Source of the DNA: Candidatus Saccharimonadales bacterium | Lineage (GTDB): Bacteria > Patescibacteriota > Saccharimonadia > Saccharimonadales > Saccharimonadaceae | Assembly (NCBI GenBank): GCA_034677945.1 | Contig: JAXDCN010000069.1 | Location: 4,387-68,386 of the forward strand | Length of the DNA: 64,000 bases | Reading direction: 5' to 3' | Part shown: positions 25,962-36,727 of the stretch, piece after piece | Position numbering within the stretch: the stretch's first letter is position 1 | Layout of the letters: the number at the start of each line of letters is the position of its first letter | Made by a program: the position numbers and the translations under genes | Notes under the pieces: model-generated | Seen by the model: only the letters and a program-made list of their open reading frames with translations | Told to the model about the DNA's origin: nothing | Database searches by the model: none

Positions 25962-26447
25962 GTGGCTAAAGTTATTAAAACTGAAATTGAATCACAACCG
26001 ATCGGATCGCTGGATTCATTGTGGCAGATCACATTAGTTGGGGTTGTTTTGGGCGCGTTATTTTGGGGTCTTACGATTGTCGTCGAGCAATACTTTATTG
26101 ACCCGATATTCTGCAGGACGCTTACGAATGCATATACGTGTTTGAATTCGACTAGTATCTCGGGGGATATAGCGACCATATTGATCGGGGTAATCGGAAT
26201 AGTGCTGCTGCTGCGTTTGTATGTCGCGCGGCCGCTATTGATAGCAGTGGCTGTCGGAGCGTCCCTGTGGGGCCTTACTAAATGGACGAGCGGTCTTTAT
26301 TGGGGTGAAGCTATTGTTTGGAGCGTCCTGCTGTACGGAGTGGCTTATACTCTATTTTCGTGGGTTGCGCGCTACATAAAGTCTGCGCCGGTCGTAGTAT
26401 CGACGATAATCATCGTCGTAGCTATCCGCTATATCCTTACGCTTTAA
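25962..26447 (+). CDS. Membrane protein, hypothetical
   Basis: A GTG start preceded by GGAG. About 4 TM helices. Confidence 0.5.
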   Translation: MAKVIKTEIESQPIGSLDSLWQITLVGVVLGALFWGLTIVVEQYFIDPIFCRTLTNAYTCLNSTSISGDIATILIGVIGIVLLLRLYVARPLLIAVAVGASLWGLTKWTSGLYWGEAIVWSVLLYGVAYTLFSWVARYIKSAPVVVSTIIIVVAIRYILTL

Positions 26448-26456
26448 TGTTATACT
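26448..26456 (+). promoter_or_regulatory. Extended -10 element 6 nt upstream of the rmuC ATG (leaderless geometry)
   Basis: TGtTATACT at 26448-26456, 6 nt, then ATG 26463. No SD is present. Confidence 0.4.
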
Positions 26457-26462
26457 AAAGAT

Positions 26463-27536
26463 ATGGAACAAACGATTCTTATTATTGTTTTGGTGGCGAT
26501 AATCATAGGCTTTGGTGCGGTATTATTCTTGATGAACCAAAGGCTGAACGAGTTGAAAAACACGAGTGCGGTCGAACTGTTAAAAAGCGACGTCACCGAA
26601 TTGTCGCGCGGTATTAATAACTTACAACAAACCGTCGGTGACAAAATCGAGCGGAACAGTCTTGCGATGCAGTCATCGATGCAAAAACAGCTAAGCGAGA
26701 GTGCGAAAATCGTATCAGATGTTTCTCAGAAGCTGGCAAAACTAGACGAGACTAATCGGCGTGTCGTCGGTGTCGCCGACGAACTAAAAACGTTACAGAA
26801 CGTGCTTCAAAACCCAAAACAAAGAGGTGTTTTTGGCGAATACTATTTGGAATCGGTACTTGATAATATCTTGCCTTCGAAAAACTATCAGATGCAATAC
26901 AAATTCAAGGACGGCGAGGTCGCTGACGCGGTCATATTCTTAGATAAAGGCCAGATGCTATCGGTTGACAGCAAATTCAGTTTGGAAAACTATAACCGCA
27001 TGGTGGGTGAAGACAAAAAAACCGAACGCGAAAAATTGCTCGCCAAAGTACGCACCGATTTAAAAAATCGCATCGATGAAACAAGCAAATATATCCGGCC
27101 AAGTGAAAATACCATGGATTTCGCATTCATGTTCATACCCAGCGAGTCGCTTTACTACGACTTGTTGATCGGCGATGTAGGCACCGGTTCGAGCGCGCGC
27201 GATTTGATTGAATACGCTTTTAGAGACAAAAAAGTGGTCATCGTCAGCCCGACGAGCTTTATGGCATATTTGCAGACTGTTTTACAGGGGCTGCGCAGCT
27301 TGCAGATCGAAGAACAGGCCAAGGATATCCAGGTCCGGGTCGGACAGTTGGGCCAGCATATCAGTAAGTTTGACGAGTATATGCAAAAACTTGGCAGGTC
27401 ATTAGGACAAACGGTCGGTCACTATAACGAGGCGCATAAGGAACTTAATAAAGTCGATAAGGACGTCATAAAAATTGCCGGTACGGATTCGGGCGTCGAG
27501 CCGTTGCTAATCGAAAAGCCGCGCAGCGAAGACTAA
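26463..27536 (+). CDS. rmuC: DNA recombination protein RmuC
   Basis: An N-terminal TM helix, a coiled coil, then the RmuC nuclease-like core (KQRGVFGEYYLESVL, FMFIPSESLY). Confidence 0.8.
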   Translation: MEQTILIIVLVAIIIGFGAVLFLMNQRLNELKNTSAVELLKSDVTELSRGINNLQQTVGDKIERNSLAMQSSMQKQLSESAKIVSDVSQKLAKLDETNRRVVGVADELKTLQNVLQNPKQRGVFGEYYLESVLDNILPSKNYQMQYKFKDGEVADAVIFLDKGQMLSVDSKFSLENYNRMVGEDKKTEREKLLAKVRTDLKNRIDETSKYIRPSENTMDFAFMFIPSESLYYDLLIGDVGTGSSARDLIEYAFRDKKVVIVSPTSFMAYLQTVLQGLRSLQIEEQAKDIQVRVGQLGQHISKFDEYMQKLGRSLGQTVGHYNEAHKELNKVDKDVIKIAGTDSGVEPLLIEKPRSED

Positions 27537-27556
27537 ATTATCAATGTCAAAATAAA

Positions 27557-27590
27557 TACTCCGCCTTTCGGCGGAGTATCGTTTTGTTTT
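27557..27590. terminator. Bidirectional terminator between convergent genes
   Basis: TACTCCGCC and GGCGGAGTA form a 9-bp stem with a TTTC tetraloop. T-rich tracts lie on both sides. Confidence 0.8.
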
Positions 27591-27597
27591 TGTAAGA

Positions 27598-28455
27598 TTA
27601 CTTTTTCAATTCACACATGCTGCATTCGCAGGACTCGTCGGTTTGAGTCTGCATGAAATCATGCAAAGCGAACCCGATGACACCTCCGATAATCGGAGCG
27701 ATGATATAAATCGAGATCGGCCAGACATTCCAGGTCAAGCTTTGACCGGCAGCGGCAAGGACCGGGTTGATGAACGTGAGGGTCTCGCCAGATGTAGTCA
27801 GAAAGATTGCGGTCAGTGAGTAGGCAACGGTCAAAGCTACCAACATTACAAAACCTTGGGTCAGCGCGGCAGCAGTTTTGCTGCATTTTGCCCTGAGCGC
27901 AACTGCGACTCCGTATGCCAGGATAGTTACGCCAATGAGTTCCGCGCAGAATACGTACCATTCTTTGCCGGCAGTGACAGACATGCCGTGCAGTAATGAT
28001 GGTGAAGACGACATTATGTCAGTCGAAGATGATTTGAGTGTATCAATGTATGTACTTAGAAGTTTCCAGGCGACTGCGCCACCGAGTGCTTGCGCAAAAA
28101 TGTAGCTGACAGCACGCATCGAATCAACTTTTTTCGTAACCCATGCGCCAATCGTGACAGCCGGGTTTAGATGTGCTCCGGATATCCCGCCGACGATCAT
28201 TACGATTCCTATCAGAGCGAACCCGACCAAAATCGCCGATCCGTTAACTGTTAGTGAAAAGAAGAATGCCACTAATAAAAACGTACCGATAAATTCGGCA
28301 ATCGACGCACCTACTATAGGTGTTCTTTTAAGTTTCGTGTAGAACGATTTATAGCTTTTCAGTATAGATCCTTTTCCACTGGCGGTTGCTTCTACGGTTG
28401 ATGTTCTGTGAGTTGTCGACTTTTTTTTCGACGAAACGGCTTTTCTAGTCGCCAT
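27598..28455 (-). CDS. MIP/aquaporin-family channel, atypical
   Basis: The first box is canonical (SGAHLNPAVT). The second box is FINPVLAAAG, that is NPV with no Arg after it. The strong SD AAGGAGGGAG sits 6 nt before ATG 28455 (the track start is 28488). Confidence 0.75.
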   Translation of the reverse strand: MATRKAVSSKKKSTTHRTSTVEATASGKGSILKSYKSFYTKLKRTPIVGASIAEFIGTFLLVAFFFSLTVNGSAILVGFALIGIVMIVGGISGAHLNPAVTIGAWVTKKVDSMRAVSYIFAQALGGAVAWKLLSTYIDTLKSSSTDIMSSSPSLLHGMSVTAGKEWYVFCAELIGVTILAYGVAVALRAKCSKTAAALTQGFVMLVALTVAYSLTAIFLTTSGETLTFINPVLAAAGQSLTWNVWPISIYIIAPIIGGVIGFALHDFMQTQTDESCECSMCELKK

Positions 28456-28537
28456 ATATGTCTCCCTCCTTAAAGTGAAATATGCCAATAGTATATCACA
28501 ATATTTTTAAATTAAACATGAATGTTATACTGATACT

Positions 28538-28780
28538 ATGGCATTATTCTTACGACAGGATGACGAACGCAGTGAACTCCAGAAACGGATTGCTGCAGAA
28601 CTAAGGGAAAAATCTAAATCGAAAGCACTTACTGAATCGGCTGATCGGCCGGATGGCGTTGATGATTCCAGGTATATCGAAGGGACGAAGCAGACCACCA
28701 GCCTGGCTTGGGTTTGGGTGTTGATAATTATCTTTGCTATCGGTGCCGCATTATGGATAATTACGCGGGGCATGACGTAA
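28538..28780 (+). CDS. Small tail-anchored membrane protein, hypothetical
   Basis: 80 aa with a charged N-terminal half and a single C-terminal TM helix (LAWVWVLIIIFAIGAALWII). Confidence 0.45.
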   Translation: MALFLRQDDERSELQKRIAAELREKSKSKALTESADRPDGVDDSRYIEGTKQTTSLAWVWVLIIIFAIGAALWIITRGMT

Positions 28781-28814
28781 ATAGTTTACTTATAGCGTAT
28801 AATAGTGAGCAGTT

Positions 28815-29822
28815 ATGCAAAACGTTGAAGATGTACGAAAATATCTTTTGACGCGGGTTTCTACGAGCGATAATCCGCGTGAATTGTTAAAATCGCCAGA
28901 ACTAAAAAAACTGTACGGCGTAATGTCGACCTTGTCCAAGGACGATAAAATAGTCCACGGCAAGTTAATCAATAGCCTGAAAGCCGAATTGGAATCGGCA
29001 ATTTGTGAGCGCGAAGCAGCGCTGGAAAATGCGTCGATCGAACCGATTGATGTTTCCGCGCCTTGGGATGTCAACCAAGGTCCGATAGAATTGCTGCCGA
29101 CGGAAAACGGCTCCAAGCACCCGCTGACAAGCGAAATTGAAAATGTAATCGATATTTTTACGCGCATGGGTTTTGAAGCGATCGAATCGCGCCAGATTGA
29201 CGATGACGCGCATATGTTCGGCACGTTGAATTTTCCTGATAATCATCCGGCGCGTGACGGCTATGATACTTTTCGAACCGAAGAGGGATTTATCCCGCCG
29301 GCGCACACGTCTTCGATGCAAAACCGGATATTAAAAGAAGGAAAAGCCAAACTGGAAGCCGGCGGGCAAATCGCGGCTTTTGCGTACGGGCGTTGTTTTA
29401 GAAACGAAGACGTCGATGCGACGCACGAACATACATTTTACCAATACGAAGGAGTGTTCGTTAGTCCGGATGCAAGCTTGGGACAGATGATCGGGGCGCT
29501 AAGAAGTTTTTTTGAAACATATTACGGCCAAAAACTAAAGACAAAAACCCAACCTGCGTATTTTCCGTTCGTCGAACCAGGGCTGGAGTTTGCAATCGAG
29601 AAGCCGGCTTCGATTGGCGGAAAACCGGGCGAATGGCTGGAAATGTTAGGCTGCGGCATGATACATCCGAATGTTCTAAGGGCGGCTGATATCGACCCGG
29701 AAAAATACCGAGGCTTCGCTTGGGGCGGCGGCATCGAAAGATTAGTGATGTTAAAGTATGGCATCGAGGATTTGCGCCACTTCGAGTCGGGTAAATTGGC
29801 GTTCTTGAGGGAATTCGTATGA
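28815..29822 (+). CDS. pheS: Phenylalanine--tRNA ligase alpha subunit
   Basis: Class II aaRS motifs are present (HPARD, FRNEDVDATH, GFAWGGGIERL). An ATGA overlap leads into pheT. Confidence 0.95.
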   Translation: MQNVEDVRKYLLTRVSTSDNPRELLKSPELKKLYGVMSTLSKDDKIVHGKLINSLKAELESAICEREAALENASIEPIDVSAPWDVNQGPIELLPTENGSKHPLTSEIENVIDIFTRMGFEAIESRQIDDDAHMFGTLNFPDNHPARDGYDTFRTEEGFIPPAHTSSMQNRILKEGKAKLEAGGQIAAFAYGRCFRNEDVDATHEHTFYQYEGVFVSPDASLGQMIGALRSFFETYYGQKLKTKTQPAYFPFVEPGLEFAIEKPASIGGKPGEWLEMLGCGMIHPNVLRAADIDPEKYRGFAWGGGIERLVMLKYGIEDLRHFESGKLAFLREFV

Positions 29823-32305
29823 TCGTTTCATTAAACTGGTTGAAAAAGTATGCGGATGTCGATATGCCGATCGACCAGCTGTCGACATTGATCGGCGCCC
29901 GCCTGGTTGAAATCGAAGAAGTTATCGATTTGGGCGCGAAATACAATGGCATATTGATCGCAAAAGTTATTGAAGCCGGCAAATTGGAAGGGTCGGATCA
30001 TTTGAGCGTGACAAAAATTGATGACGGCGGCATTGTTGAGGATATCGAACGTGACGAAAACGGCCTGATCCAGGTAGTTTGCGGCGCGCCGAATATAAAA
30101 GCCGGGCAAACGGTAGTATGGTTACCGCCGAAAACTATCGTGCCTTCTTCCTGCGGGACGCCGGAGCCGTTCGTGCTGGATACCCGGAATATTCGCGGCG
30201 TTACAAGTAACGGCATGATAGCCAGTGCGCGCGAACTTGATTTATTTGACGAACATTCCGGCATTTTGGAACTTGATACTGATTTGCCGCCAGGGACTTC
30301 TTTTGCGAAGGCTTATGAACTGGATGATTATTTGCTGGATATCGAAAACAAGTCGCTGACTCACCGACCTGATTGCTTTGGTGTCATCGGTTTTGCGCGC
30401 GAAGTATCGGCTATCGCCGGCAAAAAATTCAAGAGCCCGGATTGGTTCGCCGAACTATGCCCGGATATAAAGGCCGATAATCAGATGGAAATAAAAGCCG
30501 CGATATTAGATCCGGAGCTGTCCGATCGTTATCAAGCCATAGTAATGTCAGGTATTGACGCGAACAAACAATCGCCTCTGCAAATCCAGACCTACTTAGC
30601 CAGGGTCGGTGTGCGCCCAATCAATGCCGTCGTCGATGCGACAAATTACCTGATGATGCTGACTGGTCAACCATTACACGCTTTCGATTACGACAAGTTT
30701 ATCAACATATCTGGCGGCAAAAACGAAATCAATGTCCGTGCCGGACGCGACGGCGAAAAATTGGAACTGCTTGACGGCAGGACTATCGAACTGACGGTTG
30801 AAGACATAGTTATTTCGGCTGGCGATAATGCCGTGGCGCTCGCTGGAGCAATGGGCGGTAAATCGACAGACATTGACGAAAACACTAAAAATATCATCAT
30901 AGAAAGTGCGACCTTTAATCTATTCAAGTTACGCGCTACGCAAATGCGCCACGGTATTTTTAGCGAGGCGATAACCAGATTCACAAAAGGTCAACCGGCG
31001 GAATTAACAGCACCTGTGTTGGCCGAGGCGATTCATTTGATAAGCGGCTGGACTGATGCGAAAGTCGCTTCGCCATTATCCGACGTATTTCCAAACAGTT
31101 CGGAAGGACAACGTATCGTAGTGCCTCTAAAGCGTGTCAATGACACGCTAGGCAGCGGTTTTGATATTCAACAAATTGCTCTGCCTTTGACTAATACGGA
31201 ATTCAGCGTTGATACCGCATCGCAAAGTGCCATCATTGTTTTGGCCCCGTGGTGGCGGGCGGATATTCATATACCCGAGGATGTTATCGAAGAAATCGGG
31301 CGCTTGAGCGGCTTTGATAATATCAAACCGAAAATGCCGATACGCGATTTTACTGCCGTCAAGCCAACAGAATTTGATTCATTTCGCAGTTTAGTCAGAG
31401 AAATACTGGTTCGCGCCGGTGCGAACGAAGTTTTGACATATAGTTTTATCCACGGCGATATTTTGAAAAAAGCCGGTCAAGATGCTGGAAATTCATATCG
31501 TGTAGTTAACTCAATTAGCCCGGATTTGCAGTATTACCGCCAAAGCCTGACGCCAAGTCTTTTGGGATTGGTCCATCCGAATATCAAACAAGGTTATGAC
31601 AATTTCGCGCTATTTGAAATCAACAAAGTCCATACCAAACAGGACGGATTAAATGACGAGGGAGTGCCGATTGAGACCGATAGGTTGGCTTTGGTAGTCG
31701 CGAACAAGAACAAATTGGCCGGCGCACCTTTTTATCGGGCCAAAAGAATATTTGAATATTTATGCATGGCTTTGGGTTTGAGCCCAGGATACAGGCAGCT
31801 CGAAAACGGATCATCAGATCCAGTCGACACGCCGTTCGAATATCGCCGCAGCGCCCAAACCGCGGACAGTATTTCCGGAAAAACTATCGGCACGGTCGGA
31901 GAATACAAGACGTCTGTCATAAGAAACTTTAAATTAACGGAATATTCGGCCGGTTTCGAGATTGATATGCGAATTTTGTTCGATGCCTATCGTTCTGCTG
32001 ACAGCAAATACAAACCACTTAGCCGATACCCGGGATCCGAGCGTGACATTTGTTTCCAAGTCAATAGAGATATTAGTTACCGCCAGATAATCGATGCTTC
32101 AAAAGCGGTTCTTGATAACGTTGATTACGAGACCGTTATTTCGCCAGTAGATATTTACCAGCCAAAAACAGGCGATACGAAAAATATCACGATTCGTATC
32201 CGGATTACATCTGCCAGCCATACGCTTACCGGCGAAGAGGTGACGGGTGTAATTGATTCGGTCATCAAGTCTGTTGTTTCAGAGACAAAAGCCACGGTAA
32301 CTTGA
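29819..32305 (+). CDS. pheT: Phenylalanine--tRNA ligase beta subunit
   Basis: 828 aa with an N-terminal tRNA-binding OB domain, B3/4 and B5 domains, and a C-terminal anticodon-binding-like domain. It is coupled to pheS. Confidence 0.95.
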   Translation: MIVSLNWLKKYADVDMPIDQLSTLIGARLVEIEEVIDLGAKYNGILIAKVIEAGKLEGSDHLSVTKIDDGGIVEDIERDENGLIQVVCGAPNIKAGQTVVWLPPKTIVPSSCGTPEPFVLDTRNIRGVTSNGMIASARELDLFDEHSGILELDTDLPPGTSFAKAYELDDYLLDIENKSLTHRPDCFGVIGFAREVSAIAGKKFKSPDWFAELCPDIKADNQMEIKAAILDPELSDRYQAIVMSGIDANKQSPLQIQTYLARVGVRPINAVVDATNYLMMLTGQPLHAFDYDKFINISGGKNEINVRAGRDGEKLELLDGRTIELTVEDIVISAGDNAVALAGAMGGKSTDIDENTKNIIIESATFNLFKLRATQMRHGIFSEAITRFTKGQPAELTAPVLAEAIHLISGWTDAKVASPLSDVFPNSSEGQRIVVPLKRVNDTLGSGFDIQQIALPLTNTEFSVDTASQSAIIVLAPWWRADIHIPEDVIEEIGRLSGFDNIKPKMPIRDFTAVKPTEFDSFRSLVREILVRAGANEVLTYSFIHGDILKKAGQDAGNSYRVVNSISPDLQYYRQSLTPSLLGLVHPNIKQGYDNFALFEINKVHTKQDGLNDEGVPIETDRLALVVANKNKLAGAPFYRAKRIFEYLCMALGLSPGYRQLENGSSDPVDTPFEYRRSAQTADSISGKTIGTVGEYKTSVIRNFKLTEYSAGFEIDMRILFDAYRSADSKYKPLSRYPGSERDICFQVNRDISYRQIIDASKAVLDNVDYETVISPVDIYQPKTGDTKNITIRIRITSASHTLTGEEVTGVIDSVIKSVVSETKATVT

Positions 32306-32375
32306 CCCAAAACCGGGCTCTATACTCAGTTATTTGTTATAATAGACGCATAGTAATAAGAGAGGGAATATACTT

Positions 32376-32999
32376 ATGGCGACACCTGTATCGCAGAGGA
32401 TTGGAATTTGGTTTATTGCAATAGTTTTGGCTTTGGGGACATTCGGATCATTCTTGGTGATGGGTCTGAACGTTAAGAACCAGACGACCGAACAGGAAGA
32501 TTTACAAAAAGCTTATACAAAATATCAAAAGGACGTTTCGGATCAGACGAAAAGTTTGTCAGATAAATATTTTGCAGAGTTCAGCACATACGCGTCCTTG
32601 GTTTCGGAGTTTACGGCCAGTGATGTCACGTCTTTGGTCAAAGAGGATTTGAAAGTCGGTGACGGCGCGGAAATCAAAGCCGATACGGAATACAGCGCAT
32701 ATTATATCGGCTGGAACCCGAAGGGCGTCGTTTTTGACCAATCGATTTCCGATGGTGCGCTGAAAGCGCCGATAAACAGCGGTGGTCTGATTACCGGCTG
32801 GACCGAGGGCGTAATCGGCATGAAAATGGGCGGCGTGCGCGTACTGACCATACCCTCCGATAAGGCGTACGGATCAAAAGGCAGCGGTGATAATATTCCA
32901 CCAAACACGCCGCTTAAATTCGTTATCATGGTTATTCCGAAAGTCGAAGCCGTTACGATGCCGGATATACTGGTCAAATATTATATGAGCGCTTCATAA
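32376..32999 (+). CDS. FKBP-type peptidyl-prolyl isomerase, membrane-anchored
   Basis: An N-terminal TM helix, with the C-terminal blocks GWTEGVIGMKMGGVRVLTIPSDKAYG and LKFVI. Confidence 0.85.
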   Translation: MATPVSQRIGIWFIAIVLALGTFGSFLVMGLNVKNQTTEQEDLQKAYTKYQKDVSDQTKSLSDKYFAEFSTYASLVSEFTASDVTSLVKEDLKVGDGAEIKADTEYSAYYIGWNPKGVVFDQSISDGALKAPINSGGLITGWTEGVIGMKMGGVRVLTIPSDKAYGSKGSGDNIPPNTPLKFVIMVIPKVEAVTMPDILVKYYMSAS

Positions 33000-33029
33000 G
33001 AATAGCGAAACTAAAGGAGAAGTAATTAA

Positions 33030-33971
33030 ATGACCAAAAACATTCTTGACGTAATAATGATAGGCGCCGGTCCGAGCGCCCTTACGGCGGCGGTATATAC
33101 GACGCGTGAAAACCTTAGTACCGTAATAATCGAAAAAGGCGCGGTCGGCGGCATGGTGGCGACGATTGATAAAATCGATAATTATCCCGGTTTTCCGGAC
33201 GGTGTCGAAGGCTACGAATTATCAGAACAGTTGAAAAAACAAGCCGAAAGGTTCGGTGCGAAAATCGAATACGGCGAAGTATCGTCGATTCGTGACGAAG
33301 GCAAAATTAAAGTTGTAACCGTTGACGGTCAAGAACTTAGGGCAAAAACCGTATTGATATCATCCGGCAGCGGCTATCGGAAACTGAATATCCCCGGCGA
33401 AAAAGAATATCACAGCCGCGGCGTGCATTATTGTGCGACGTGCGACGGCGCTTTTTACCAGGGCAAAAACTTGGCCGTAATCGGCGGCGGCAATTCGGCC
33501 GTCCAGGAATCGATGTTTTTGACGCGTTTTGCAAAGAAAATCGATTTGATATCGATAGGCGGTCTAACAGCCAGCGAAGTATTACAAGACCAGTTGAAAG
33601 ATTTTGAAAAAAGCGGCCAAATAACCGTTCACACTAATACCGAGACCAAGGAAATTGTCGCAGAAAACGGCAAGGTGTCGGCCGTTAAAGTCGTCAAAGC
33701 CGGTAAAACGTCCGAGATACCGGTTGACGGCGTGTTTGTATTTGCCGGGCTGGCGCCGAACACGGATTTTTTGGCCGGCAGCGGTATTGAACTGGATAAA
33801 AACGGATTTATCAAAACCGACGAAAAATTGCAGACAAATATTGCCGGGATTTTTGCCAGCGGCGATGTCAGAGCCGGTTCGACTAAACAGATTGCCAGTG
33901 CAGTCGGCGAAGGCGCGACAGCCGCTATAAGTATCCGTGAACATCTAAGCCATAAAAGCCTGACAGTATAA
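33030..33971 (+). CDS. trxB: Thioredoxin-disulfide reductase
   Basis: GAGPSALTAA (FAD), the redox-active CATCDG, GGGNSAVQE (NADPH) and FASGDV. SD AAAGGAG. Confidence 0.95.
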   Translation: MTKNILDVIMIGAGPSALTAAVYTTRENLSTVIIEKGAVGGMVATIDKIDNYPGFPDGVEGYELSEQLKKQAERFGAKIEYGEVSSIRDEGKIKVVTVDGQELRAKTVLISSGSGYRKLNIPGEKEYHSRGVHYCATCDGAFYQGKNLAVIGGGNSAVQESMFLTRFAKKIDLISIGGLTASEVLQDQLKDFEKSGQITVHTNTETKEIVAENGKVSAVKVVKAGKTSEIPVDGVFVFAGLAPNTDFLAGSGIELDKNGFIKTDEKLQTNIAGIFASGDVRAGSTKQIASAVGEGATAAISIREHLSHKSLTV

Positions 33972-33991
33972 TCTGATAAATGCATATATAA

Positions 33992-34022
33992 TTTAACCCC
34001 TTCGATTTGAAGGGGTTAAATA
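33992..34022. terminator. Strong hairpin between convergent trxB and hppA
   Basis: TTAACCCCTTC and GAAGGGGTTAA form an 11-13 bp stem with a 5-nt loop. Only weak T-runs flank it. Confidence 0.6.
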
Positions 34023-34043
34023 ATGTCTAGTATTCTTCGCAGT

Positions 34044-36011
34044 TTAGGCTAGGAATTTGACGATAAGAAGGGCGATGATATTGACGACCTTGATAAGCGG
34101 GTTAATAGCCGGGCCGGTGGTGTCTTTGTAAGGATCGCCAACGGTGTCGCCTGTGACGGCTGCTTTGTGAGCTTCAGAGCCCTTGCCGCCGTAGTTGCCG
34201 TCTTCGATGTACTTTTTAGCATTGTCCCAAGCGCCGCCGCCGGTGGTCATCGAAAGGGCCATGAATAGACCGCCGATGATCGTACCCATCAAAAGTCCGC
34301 CGAGAGCGTTTGCGCCTAGCGTAAAGCCGACGATTACGACTGCGAATACCGGAATCAAAGCTGGAATAATCATCTCGTTGATTGCAGCTTTGGCTACGAT
34401 GTCGACTGCCTTGCCGTATTCAGGTTTAGCAGTACCTTTCATAATTCCCTTGATTTCGCGGAATTGGCGTCGGATTTCTTCGACGACCGTCGATGCGGTG
34501 CGTCCAACTGAGCGAAGGGTTAATGAAGCGAAGAAGTAAACGATAGCTACGCCCAGCAGTAATCCGGCCAGGACCTTTGGATCGGCTAGGTTAAAGACAG
34601 GATTTACGACTTCTTCGGCGTAGCTCGAGAAGAGCACTAGGGCTGCAAGACCGGCAGAAGCGATAGCGTAACCTTTGGTGACAGCTTTGGTGGTATTACC
34701 GACCGCGTCAAGCGCGTCGGTGATTTTGCGAACTTTTTCAGGTTGTCCGGACATTTCGGCGATACCGCCGGCGTTGTCAGTAATCGGACCGAACGAGTCG
34801 ATAGAAACGATGATGCCGACGACAGAAAGCATGGCGACGGAAGCGACAGCGATTCCGAATATTCCCGCCAGCGAGAAGCTAGCCAAAATTCCAAGTACGA
34901 TAACAAAGGCTGGTATTAATGTCGATTCCATACCGACTGATAGACCGATGATGATGTTCGTGCCGTGTCCTGAATCCGAAGCTTCGGCGATCGATTTGAC
35001 CGGGCGGTAATCTTTTGATGTGTAGTAATCGGTAATAAATACCATTAAGCCCGTGACCGCTAGGCCGATGAGCGAGCAAAGGTAGATGTCAAAGGTGTCG
35101 ACTCCGACCGTCGAAAAGATGACGAAGTAAAAACCGATAGCCGAAAATACCAAGGAAGCGATAAGACCTTTGTACAAAGCGCCCATGATTGATCGGTTCT
35201 TGCCAAGTTTTACAAAGAAGGTGCCTAGAATCGATGCCAGGATCGATACGCCGCCAAGTAACAGCGGTAATTCGACCGAACCGGTTGTACCGGCGGTCAC
35301 GGCGCCAAGCAAGATACCGGCAGTCAAGGTTACGGCGTAAGTTTCAAAAAGATCGGCTGCCATACCGGCACAGTCACCGACGTTGTCGCCGACTAGGTCG
35401 GCTACGACGCCTGGGTTGCGCGGATCGTCTTCGGGAATGTTGGCTTCGACTTTGCCGACAAGGTCGGTACCGACGTCAGCAGCTTTGGTATAAATACCGC
35501 CGCCTAATCGTGCGAATATTGAAATCAAGCTGGCGCCGAAGCTTAGGCCGATCAGTGCGCCGGTGTCGTTTCCGGTGATGTAGTAAAGTCCAGCAACAGC
35601 TAGAAGTCCTAATGTCGTAACAAGCAATCCGGTTACCGAGCCGGCACGAAAAGCTAGCGACAAGGCATGACCCAGTCCGCGCTTTGCGGCCGCGGCAGTC
35701 CTTGAGTTAGCGCGTACGGCAACATTCATACCGATATATCCGGTAATGGCCGAAGCAATACCGCCGACCAGAAAGGCGATCGCGGTGGTCGAGCCCAGGG
35801 TAAAGTAAATAATGAGAGCTAGAATAGCGGCCACGACGGCAACGGCTTTGTATTGTCGGTTCAAATACGCGGTCGATCCTTCTTGGATAGCCTGCGAGAT
35901 TTCGATCATATCGTCACTGCCTTGGGGCTGCTTCATGAGCCACCAAATCAGATAGATGCTATATATTATTGCCAATATTACCGGTGCGAAAATTATTAAA
36001 TAAGAAGTCAT
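34044..36011 (-). CDS. hppA: Membrane-bound proton-translocating pyrophosphatase
   Basis: 655 aa with about 15 TM helices. Motifs are [26 protein letters not shown] and GNTTKA. Confidence 0.95.
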   Translation of the reverse strand: MTSYLIIFAPVILAIIYSIYLIWWLMKQPQGSDDMIEISQAIQEGSTAYLNRQYKAVAVVAAILALIIYFTLGSTTAIAFLVGGIASAITGYIGMNVAVRANSRTAAAAKRGLGHALSLAFRAGSVTGLLVTTLGLLAVAGLYYITGNDTGALIGLSFGASLISIFARLGGGIYTKAADVGTDLVGKVEANIPEDDPRNPGVVADLVGDNVGDCAGMAADLFETYAVTLTAGILLGAVTAGTTGSVELPLLLGGVSILASILGTFFVKLGKNRSIMGALYKGLIASLVFSAIGFYFVIFSTVGVDTFDIYLCSLIGLAVTGLMVFITDYYTSKDYRPVKSIAEASDSGHGTNIIIGLSVGMESTLIPAFVIVLGILASFSLAGIFGIAVASVAMLSVVGIIVSIDSFGPITDNAGGIAEMSGQPEKVRKITDALDAVGNTTKAVTKGYAIASAGLAALVLFSSYAEEVVNPVFNLADPKVLAGLLLGVAIVYFFASLTLRSVGRTASTVVEEIRRQFREIKGIMKGTAKPEYGKAVDIVAKAAINEMIIPALIPVFAVVIVGFTLGANALGGLLMGTIIGGLFMALSMTTGGGAWDNAKKYIEDGNYGGKGSEAHKAAVTGDTVGDPYKDTTGPAINPLIKVVNIIALLIVKFLA

Positions 36012-36055
36012 AATACAAGGGATTATACCAAAAGAGGTGTTACGTGCGCAAGCCG

Positions 36056-36727
36056 TTAATTTTGCATCATGGCGACGACGGCAAAACGGCCGTCCGCTGA
36101 ACGATTGCCTTTGATGAATTCACTGTGAGAAAAGTATTGCAAATCCTTTGTCGTATCCGTTGGATTACCATGTATATTTTCCGGTATTACTCCTGATAGC
36201 AGTAATTGTTCCGTTGCGACCTGATCCATCGAACGATTGCCAAATGAATATAGGGGGTAGTTTTCTTTTCCGGCCGACGGGGTTAGCCATACGCAAAGTT
36301 TGTTTGGGTCGCAGCCAAATTCTTTGACCAAAAAATCAATTGATTTTTGGCCGCCATTTTGTTCCAGGCTATGCCGGCCAAGGTGCGAAACCATTAAAAT
36401 ATTTTTTTCTGGGTCAAAAATAACCGCGCCGACACAGTCCGCCAGCGGCAAGAATAACGCATGATTTGGGCTTTGTGTCACTAAGCCGTCGGCGGCTTCG
36501 GCTTCATTGCCAAACATGCCTTGGGCTTTCTGGTTGTCGGACACTACGAAATAGCGGCAATAATTATCGCCGTCGTATGCAATACTGACTCTGGTAGTAT
36601 GATTTATGTCGATGCTATTTTTATCGAGGAATGCCTTGCGATTTTCAATTACATCACTATTAGATTTGTCGCCGTGAATCAGCATATTGCCGTCATCAAT
36701 ATTAGAAATTGCGACTAATAACTTCAT
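36056..36727 (-). CDS. pgeF: YfiH/PgeF (DUF152) family purine nucleoside phosphorylase / laccase-domain protein
   Basis: [13 protein letters not shown] and SHLGRHSL blocks. It has an ATGA overlap with the upstream rel gene. Confidence 0.7.
   Translation of the reverse strand: MKLLVAISNIDDGNMLIHGDKSNSDVIENRKAFLDKNSIDINHTTRVSIAYDGDNYCRYFVVSDNQKAQGMFGNEAEAADGLVTQSPNHALFLPLADCVGAVIFDPEKNILMVSHLGRHSLEQNGGQKSIDFLVKEFGCDPNKLCVWLTPSAGKENYPLYSFGNRSMDQVATEQLLLSGVIPENIHGNPTDTTKDLQYFSHSEFIKGNRSADGRFAVVAMMQN

Noticed and set aside
35189-35578. 129-aa extremely Arg-rich ORF on the plus strand.
   Set aside because: It is antisense to the well-supported hppA gene. The Arg/Cys-rich composition is the expected artefact of reading Ala/Gly/Val-rich membrane-protein codons backwards. 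The many other antisense ORFs listed within long genes are rejected for the same reason.
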